Source of the DNA: an uncultured Planctomycetota bacterium
GTDB taxonomy: Bacteria > Planctomycetota > Planctomycetia > Isosphaerales > Isosphaeraceae
Assembly (NCBI GenBank): GCA_963845755.1
Contig: CAWJTV010000005.1
Location: forward strand, 256,001 to 320,000
Direction: 5' to 3'
DNA: 64,000 nt
Below are positions 57,332-64,000 of this stretch, one piece after another; positions within the stretch are counted from its first letter, which is position 1, and each line of letters begins with the position of its first letter. A program made the translations under genes and the position numbers. A model generated the notes under the pieces. The model had not been told where the DNA came from and made no database searches. It worked only from the letters and a program-made list of their open reading frames with translations.

Positions 57332-58803
57332 TGGATACAGGTTGAGGTGCTCCATCGCATCCAGGATCCAGGGGTGGCTCCAGGGGTTACGGATCGCATA
57401 TCCGACCGAGAGGCAAGAGATCGCCAGGGCCAGCAGGGCCAGGTTGCGTACCCAGCCACGCGTCTGGCCACCTTCTACACCTCGGGGAAGCATTAGCAGC
57501 CAGAATGGGATCAGCCACATGACCCACCGCAGTCCCTGGGCCGATCCGCCATAATTGCGCACCTTGGGAGTCCAGGTGTAGAAGCCCAGAAGGACGACCG
57601 TGAGCACGACCGTCATCCCGGCGACCATCATCATCGGTTCCCGCCAGCCCGTCCCGGATCGTCCACGACCGAGGAGCAGCCGGACCGCGCCCCAGGCCGA
57701 GAAGAGGAAGAGCGGTGTCAGCGAGAAGATCCCGTGGTGCCCGAACGTCATGTGGAACAGGTAGACGCCTTTCGGCTCGGGGTACTTGTTGAACGCGTCC
57801 AGTTCCAGCGGGGTCAGCCAGAAGCTGCCTTCGTAGCTATATTCTTTCGAACCGAACGACTCGTAAGGCAGGTAGAACTCGCCGAATTCGATGTACTGCA
57901 GAGCTACGAAGGCGGCCAGTGGAACGATCGCCGCGGGCAAGAAAAACCGGAGCGTTTGCCTGGGAAAACGGACCAACAGCAGCGGGCCCAGCAGCGCCGG
58001 GAACGCCAGCGCGGGCAGCTCGGTCGAACGCTGTGAACCCGGCGAAAAAGCCGGCTGTCGCAAATCGCCATCCGGAGAGTCCATCGTCGTCCCAGATTCG
58101 CAGGAACTGGTAAAGTGCGAAGAAGGCGCTGAAGGCTCCGACCGTATGATTATTCAGGGTCTGAGTATACGGCAGGAGATATGTGCCGAAGGCCGCGGCG
58201 AGCATGCAGAAGAACCAGGTCCAGTCGTTTACCTGGTGCTGATCGAGTACGCGCGCGAAGAGGATCAGGAAGATGCCGAATGGGATTACGTTTAAGAGGA
58301 TGAGGATCGGCTTGAAGTAGAAGATGTAGGCCGGCCAAATCACAGGATCCTTGGGCGTCTCGAGCACGCCCGTGAACTTGCCCGGGTGGTCAGGGTCGGG
58401 CTTTTGGGTCCAGCGCTCAGCCCTCTCCTGGAGTACAACGTGATTGAGCGGGACAGCCGTCATCCGCCGCACTGGATAGAGGATCCCCGCGATCAGGGTC
58501 GAGATCAGGGCAGGCTTGCTTGAATAGAAGTGTTTGGTAGCCGGATTCTCTCCGCCGCCCTTCGGTGCGCCGCTCGACCTTGTCCTGAGTCTGGGTCTGC
58601 CAGGGACACTCGTCGATGGCATAAGTGCCGCGCTCGAGCAGGCTCCAGACGGTGCACCACCGGGAGATGTCATTGGCCGTCATGAAAGCTGGCTGACGTA
58701 GCGTATGGCCAATCGCGAACGCGGTCGCCACCGTGATGACGATCAGGGCCGCGAACCGCCGTGCGTCCGAACGCCGCGGTGTCCCTTCGTCTTCGACCTT
58801 CAT
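57320..58803 (-). CDS. Polytopic membrane protein, probable GT-C-fold glycosyltransferase; frameshifts at ~58570 and ~58026
   Basis: 'ANDISRWCTVWSL...GTYAID', 'FYSSKP', 'TLNNH', 'HHGIFSLTP', 'NYGG...GLRW'; ~10 TM segments over three frames. Confidence 0.7.
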
Positions 58804-59819
58804 ACCTCATCCTCGCGAGTTCGCTGGGGGAGTGCGGCTCCCTCCGCGACGGCGGAGAGGGGTTCGGACGGAGCCGCGCTCTCCCGGGTCGGGATCTTGT
58901 CAACCACGCTGTAGGTATCCTCGGGCCGGATATTGTAGGCGGTGACCAGCTCTGCGAGGATACCCAGGCTCAAGAGCTGCATGCCGACACTCACGAAGGC
59001 CCCGGAATAATACAGGAGCGGACGCGTACCGATGGGCTCGTGTTTCGGATCGAGCCAGATGATGGCCAGGTAGAGCATCCCCAGGCCCCCGATTCCCAGG
59101 AGGGCCAGGCCGAAACCACCCAACACGTGGAGGGGTCGCTGGCTGAAGCGGGTCAAGAAGCGAACGGTCAAGAGGTCGAGAAATCCCTTGACCAACCGCG
59201 AGACGCCATATTTCGACGTCCCATGCTGACGGGGTCGGTGCTGGACCACGACCTCGCCGACCCGGAAGCCGCGGGCGTGCGCCAGCACCGGAATGAATCG
59301 GTGTAGCTCGCCATAGATGCCAATCTCGTCAAGCACGGCTCGGCGATAGACCTTGAACCCGCAGTTGTGGTCGTGCAGATAACAGCCGGTCAGGCGGCTG
59401 ACCATCCAGTTGAAGACCCGGCTCGGATAGACCTTGTGCCAGGGATCGTACCGGGTCTTCTTCCAGCCACTGATCACGTCGTAGCCGCGGTCGAGTTCGG
59501 CCAGGAACCGGGGGATCTCGACAGGGTCGTCCTGGAGGTCGCCATCAAGTGTAAACACAACCTCACCCCGAGCAGCCTGGAATCCGGCCACCAGTGCCGC
59601 CGCCTTGCCGAAGTTGCGGCGGAACCGGATCGCACCGACCCTTGGATCACTTCGAGCCAGCTTGGTCAGGATGCTCCAGGAACCGTCGCGACTTCCATCA
59701 TCCACGAAGAGAAACTCCGCCGGGCCGTTCGCGGCACCAGCGAACACCGTCGCCAGCTCCTCGTGGAGCGCGGTCAGACTTCCCTCCTCATTGTGGACTG
59801 GTATAACGACGCTGATCAT
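58800..59819 (-). CDS. GT2 polyprenyl-phosphate glycosyltransferase (ArnC/GtrB-like)
   Basis: 'ISVVIPVHNEE', 'VDDGSRDGS', 'RNFGKAAAL', 'LDGDLQDDP', two C-terminal TM helices. Confidence 0.93.
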   Translation of the reverse strand: MISVVIPVHNEEGSLTALHEELATVFAGAANGPAEFLFVDDGSRDGSWSILTKLARSDPRVGAIRFRRNFGKAAALVAGFQAARGEVVFTLDGDLQDDPVEIPRFLAELDRGYDVISGWKKTRYDPWHKVYPSRVFNWMVSRLTGCYLHDHNCGFKVYRRAVLDEIGIYGELHRFIPVLAHARGFRVGEVVVQHRPRQHGTSKYGVSRLVKGFLDLLTVRFLTRFSQRPLHVLGGFGLALLGIGGLGMLYLAIIWLDPKHEPIGTRPLLYYSGAFVSVGMQLLSLGILAELVTAYNIRPEDTYSVVDKIPTRESAAPSEPLSAVAEGAALPQRTREDEV

Positions 59820-60856
59820 GACGAGCTCGACCCTACCTCCAGAGACTTCGTGGCGGGTTTGCTCCCATGGCGGAAAAACGGAACCAGGATCAGTGCGGCG
59901 GCCAGTTCGGCGCCCACCCAGACCAGTCGTAGCATGAGCGCAGCGACGACCGAACGCTCTGAGCCCAGTACCGGGGCCAGGGCCGACATCAACACCCCCT
60001 CGCGCACGCCCAGTCCGCCGGGCAAAACGGCCACCACGAACCCGGCGACTGTCGCCAGCGCCACGCTGGCGATCAAGATGGGTATCATGCCCAGCGAGAC
60101 GAGGTCCCTAGCACCCTCGGGATCGAATGCCCGTACCACCGCGAGCTGGCTCAGACCGAGCAAGACCCAGCCGGCCGTCAACCACAATAGCCCGTGGACA
60201 AGCAATCGCATCGAGAGCCGCGGTAGTGCCTCCGGGCCCACTCCCGCGAGGGGAGCGCTCACCAAACCGGCGATCCGGACGAACACTCCCGGCAAGACCA
60301 CCACCAGGAAACCCGCGCCCAGCCCAAGGCCAGCCAGTGCCGCTAACCGAAAGACGGGAAAGTCCAAGGTTCCCACGCCCGGCAATGCGAGGTGGGTTCG
60401 ATCCGTTCCGGTCGCCGAGGCAAATCCAGCCGCCGCGATCAAACCGCCCGACGCCATCATCACCAGCGTCTCATAGAATGTCGCGATCGCTGCTGTCAAC
60501 GCCCGAGAACCGAACGGGACCACCATCCCCGTCCTTACGACCACGACCATCGCCTTGCCCGGGACGTACTTTCCCAGGTGGCTCACCAGGTAAGCCCGCA
60601 GTGCCGGGACCAGTCTCACGGGCGCCGGGCCGGCATGGAGGATCCGCTCGAAGAACCGTCCATATGCCGATAGACCGGCGAGGTACAGGACGCCGGATCC
60701 CACCAACCAGAGCGGATCGAACCGGATCGCAAATCGCCGATCGCCCAGGTCGTTCCACGTGCGCAGCACATGGCGCCCGACGGACCACAGCACCACGACC
60801 GCCACGATCAATTTCACGACCGCGATCGTCCAGCGCTTCCAGCGGGGCCGAGCCAT
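59816..60856 (-). CDS. Lysylphosphatidylglycerol-synthase TM / flippase-like membrane protein
   Basis: 'SHLGKYVPGK', 'PGGLGVREG', 'RLVW'; multiple TM helices. Confidence 0.85.
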   Translation of the reverse strand: MARPRWKRWTIAVVKLIVAVVVLWSVGRHVLRTWNDLGDRRFAIRFDPLWLVGSGVLYLAGLSAYGRFFERILHAGPAPVRLVPALRAYLVSHLGKYVPGKAMVVVVRTGMVVPFGSRALTAAIATFYETLVMMASGGLIAAAGFASATGTDRTHLALPGVGTLDFPVFRLAALAGLGLGAGFLVVVLPGVFVRIAGLVSAPLAGVGPEALPRLSMRLLVHGLLWLTAGWVLLGLSQLAVVRAFDPEGARDLVSLGMIPILIASVALATVAGFVVAVLPGGLGVREGVLMSALAPVLGSERSVVAALMLRLVWVGAELAAALILVPFFRHGSKPATKSLEVGSSSS

Positions 60857-61069
60857 GCACGAATCTCCGGTTCGACCTCGCGGCAATTGGGGCGTGGTGT
60901 CAGCCGAGGAACCCGACGGCCTCGAACGCGCAGCCGGGCGGTCACGCTAACCTTCTTCATTCCATCGGGATGCGATCCCAAAGTAACGCCCCAACCGCGA
61001 GCGAGCAAGAGGAGCCACCGAAGCCTATCTCATGCCGCGTCTCTCTCGTTTCTTCTTTGACAAACGTCG

Positions 61070-61098
61070 TTGACCGGTATGTCTCCGGCGATTACGCT
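61070..61098 (+). promoter_or_regulatory. Candidate sigma70-type promoter for the tandem paralogues
   Basis: TTGACC-N17-TACGCT, ~55 nt upstream of ATG 61154. Confidence 0.4.
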
Positions 61099-61153
61099 AA
61101 AGTCTCCGATCGGGAGGCGAGTTGAAACCTGGGTCCGAATGAGAGGCACAAGG

Positions 61154-62548
61154 ATGACGCGTCTGGCGGGTGTGCGCCGCAGCTTTCCCACACTGACCAT
61201 GCCGTTTCGATGGATCGCGAAGAGCCGGCGGCGGATCTGGATCGCGGGTTTCATGGTGCTGGCGATGATCGTGGGGCCGCCCGTGTGGTGGACGATGCAG
61301 CTCCTGGGCTTGCCGGATGTCGGCGCCCCTTTCGACATCCCGGAGTTCCGGGCATTCACCATTCCGGATGACCGCAATGCCTACGTCCTGTATCAACAGG
61401 CGGCGACTTTGCTCAAGCCGTGGGATCAGTTCGGCAAAACCGCGGGCAATTCGGTCACTCCCAGCTCGACGCGTCGGATGACTCTGGCTCGCTGGTCAAC
61501 GGCGATCCCGGAGCTCCGCGAATGGGCCGAGCAGAATCGCAAGGCGCTGACCGTATATCGCCAGGGCAGTGAACGGCCAGATGCGCTGGACACAATGCCC
61601 AAGTTCCAGGGATACCACACGGATCTCTGGAACATGGATGGGTCGCTCAGGTCTTTCGAGTTGCTGGCGCTGTTCGAGGCTTCGCGTCTCGAGGAACGAG
61701 GCGACATGGCCGGCGCCTGGGGCTGGTATCGCGCGGTCCTGCGCTCCATTCACCACGTCGGAATGCACGGTACAGTGTTTCGGCGCAACATTGCCCAGGG
61801 CTGGCACAACGATCTCCGGAACCGGTTGATCGCCTGGTCCGGCGATCCACGAACGACCCCCGCTCTGATCCGCCAGGCCGTGGATGACGTCGTCGCGTGC
61901 GAGTCGCTCGCTCCTTCGGAGTCGTATCTGCTCAAAGCAGAATACCTGGATGTGGACCCCTTGCTCGACCTCCCGAACGGACCGACGCGCGCACCGCCAG
62001 CCTCATGGTCGGTCCTCATTACGGCTTTCGACATCGGATTGACTCCCGAGTGGACGGAGACGATCTACGGCGCGTGGCGATCCTGGCGCCGCGAGCCCGA
62101 GCGAAGCCGGCGTGTGATGCGGCTGGCGTTCGCCAACTGGCTGGCGTATTACGAGACGCCTCCCGAGAAACGACCAAAGGCCGACCCCAATGGCTGGTTC
62201 ACTTTCGTCTTCTATCATTTCGGTCGTGAAGCGCCGGCGAACGCCCGCGCACTGTCGCCCCGGTCGCTAACCGGCTGGCTCGGTTCCACGATCGACGCCA
62301 ACTTCCTGTTCGGGAGCTGGGGCTGGACTGTAGTCCGCGCCACCGAACGGGCCAACTATCGGGCGTTGCTGATCCTGCTGGGTGAGGAACTCTACGTCCG
62401 CGACCATGGCGCCGGTCCTCCCACGCCCAATGCACTTGTCGGTCCCTACCTCAAAATCCTGCCGCACGACGTGGACGATGGGCTCGACCAGACCCTCCCG
62501 GTGTCTGGAAAGGCCGTGGACGAAGACTCCACTCCTGAAAGGGATTGA
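61154..62548 (+). CDS. Hypothetical membrane-anchored protein, paralogue 1
   Basis: 'MTRLAGVRRSFPT', one TM helix, 'GLPDVGAPFD...IPDDRNAYVLY'; colinear with the next gene. Confidence 0.8.
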   Translation: MTRLAGVRRSFPTLTMPFRWIAKSRRRIWIAGFMVLAMIVGPPVWWTMQLLGLPDVGAPFDIPEFRAFTIPDDRNAYVLYQQAATLLKPWDQFGKTAGNSVTPSSTRRMTLARWSTAIPELREWAEQNRKALTVYRQGSERPDALDTMPKFQGYHTDLWNMDGSLRSFELLALFEASRLEERGDMAGAWGWYRAVLRSIHHVGMHGTVFRRNIAQGWHNDLRNRLIAWSGDPRTTPALIRQAVDDVVACESLAPSESYLLKAEYLDVDPLLDLPNGPTRAPPASWSVLITAFDIGLTPEWTETIYGAWRSWRREPERSRRVMRLAFANWLAYYETPPEKRPKADPNGWFTFVFYHFGREAPANARALSPRSLTGWLGSTIDANFLFGSWGWTVVRATERANYRALLILLGEELYVRDHGAGPPTPNALVGPYLKILPHDVDDGLDQTLPVSGKAVDEDSTPERD

Positions 62549-63912
62549 TGGCAATGACACATCTCGCGAATCTTCGTCGCAGCTTTCCAACCGTCTGGTT
62601 GATCGTGGCCCCGGTCCGATGGATCGGCAAGAGCCGACGGAGGATATGGTGCAGCATATTGACCCTGCTGGTGATTATAGCGGCCCCCCCGATCTGGTGG
62701 GCGACGCAGCTCTCGGGCCTGCCCGATATCGGCGATCCGTTCGACGTCAACGCGTTCCGCGAGATGACCATCCCGGACGACCGCAATGCCTTTGTTCTCT
62801 ACCGCCAAGCGGCCGCAGTGCTCAAGCTGTTGCGAACGCCCGAAGGGTCCGAGCACAGGCCGATCAACTATTCTGCCCGCTGGTCAGAGGCGAAGCCGGA
62901 GGACCGCCGCTGGCTCGAGGAGAACCGTGAGACATTGGCCTTGTACCGCCAGGGTGCCGAACGGCCCGATGCACTCGACACATCCACCGCGCCCGATCGC
63001 TTCGAACCCGGCGAGATGACCGAGAGCCTCCGGTCTTTTCAGTCCCTGGCTCTGCTCGAGGCGTCGCGCCTGGAAGAGCAAGGCGACATGGCCGGGGCCT
63101 GGGTCTGGCATCGAACGACGCTGCGTTCCATCCTCCAGTCGGCACTTCACGGAACCATCTATAGGCGACAGTGGGCCAGAGACTGGCGCAGGCAGCTTCT
63201 CCGTCAAGTGACGACCTGGGGCGCCGACTCGCGAACAACCCCCGCGATGCTCCGTCAGGCGATCTACGACGTGGTCGCCTGCGATTCGCTCGCCTCCTCG
63301 GAATCGTATTCGCTCAAAGCCCAATACCTGTTTCTGGACCGGGGGTTAGCCGATTCGGAGAACGCGCGCCGCCGCGTTCCTCCTTCGTGGCGACGGTTCC
63401 TTGGGTCTGCGGATTTCGAAATCGGTCCCGAGTTGTTAAAGGGCGTTTACCACGCCTGGCGAGCTTGGCGACGCGAACGTGAGCGAAACCAGCGGGAACT
63501 CCGGCTGGTAACGGCCAACTGGCTGGCGTATCTCGAGCTGCCCCCGAATCGACGACCAAGTCCCAATCCCAACGTCGTCAATTATGAACTCTATTCCTTC
63601 GGGCCCGAGGCGTCGGCGAAGGCTCGGATGTTGTCACCCCAGGCCCTGGACCGCTGGATTGAAACATCCTATGACGCCCTGGATCTTCTCCGCTTCCTCG
63701 ACTGGAGAGGACTGCAACAAATGCAGCGCGCAGACCATCAGGCGCTGTTGATCCTCCTGGGAACGCAGCTCTACCGCCGCGATCACGGGACCGATCCCCC
63801 GAGCCCCGAGGCGCTCGTTGGTCCGTATCTCGAGAGCCTGCCCGGCTTAGTCCCGGAAGGCGAGGAGGGTCAGACCACGCCGAAAGCTGGAAAAGCGTTA
63901 GAACGAGAGTGA
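62548..63912 (+). CDS. Hypothetical membrane-anchored protein, paralogue 2
   Basis: 'MTHLANLRRSFPT', one TM helix, 'GLPDIGDPFD...IPDDRNAFVLY'; start overlaps the stop of paralogue 1. Confidence 0.8.
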   Translation: MAMTHLANLRRSFPTVWLIVAPVRWIGKSRRRIWCSILTLLVIIAAPPIWWATQLSGLPDIGDPFDVNAFREMTIPDDRNAFVLYRQAAAVLKLLRTPEGSEHRPINYSARWSEAKPEDRRWLEENRETLALYRQGAERPDALDTSTAPDRFEPGEMTESLRSFQSLALLEASRLEEQGDMAGAWVWHRTTLRSILQSALHGTIYRRQWARDWRRQLLRQVTTWGADSRTTPAMLRQAIYDVVACDSLASSESYSLKAQYLFLDRGLADSENARRRVPPSWRRFLGSADFEIGPELLKGVYHAWRAWRRERERNQRELRLVTANWLAYLELPPNRRPSPNPNVVNYELYSFGPEASAKARMLSPQALDRWIETSYDALDLLRFLDWRGLQQMQRADHQALLILLGTQLYRRDHGTDPPSPEALVGPYLESLPGLVPEGEEGQTTPKAGKALERE

Positions 63913-64000
63913 GGCGAGGAGTCACGAAGGAACTTATGGCGTGGGCTCCCATCGTAGAGCATATACGTGCTCTACCGGGACTATATGATTCGAGCCATGT

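Overview
GC-rich bacterial chromosomal DNA, most consistent with a planctomycete of the Isosphaeraceae type. The evidence is a CRTAC1/ASPIC-UnbV protein, an 'LE.R.LL'-like N-terminal motif on an extracellular protein, a planctomycete-type RpoZ and planctomycete-like palindromic repeats; this placement is inference. Housekeeping and metabolic genes include kdsA, aroF-tpiA-secG-yicC-gmk-rpoZ-ftsK, an Icd/LeuB-family dehydrogenase, malic enzyme, a sulfatase, a hybrid histidine kinase and a three-gene membrane glycosylation cluster. Two complete IS elements have perfect terminal inverted repeats and target-site duplications (ISAs1 family 2598-3991, ISKra4-like 42643-44381). The most unusual locus is a ~11.2-kb gene (17880-29054) for a ~3,700-aa extracellular protein with an S53 protease head and a PMP/choice-of-anchor-Q repeat stalk. 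It is preceded by a ~0.8-kb control region with a 47-bp imperfect direct repeat, a 9-bp inverted repeat bracketing the candidate promoter, and a ~500-nt hairpin-dense leader. About 20 single-base frameshifts interrupt otherwise intact genes. They cluster at GTYRAC and GCGC, which points to long-read errors at methylated motifs rather than gene decay. No rRNA, tRNA or CRISPR array was recognised.
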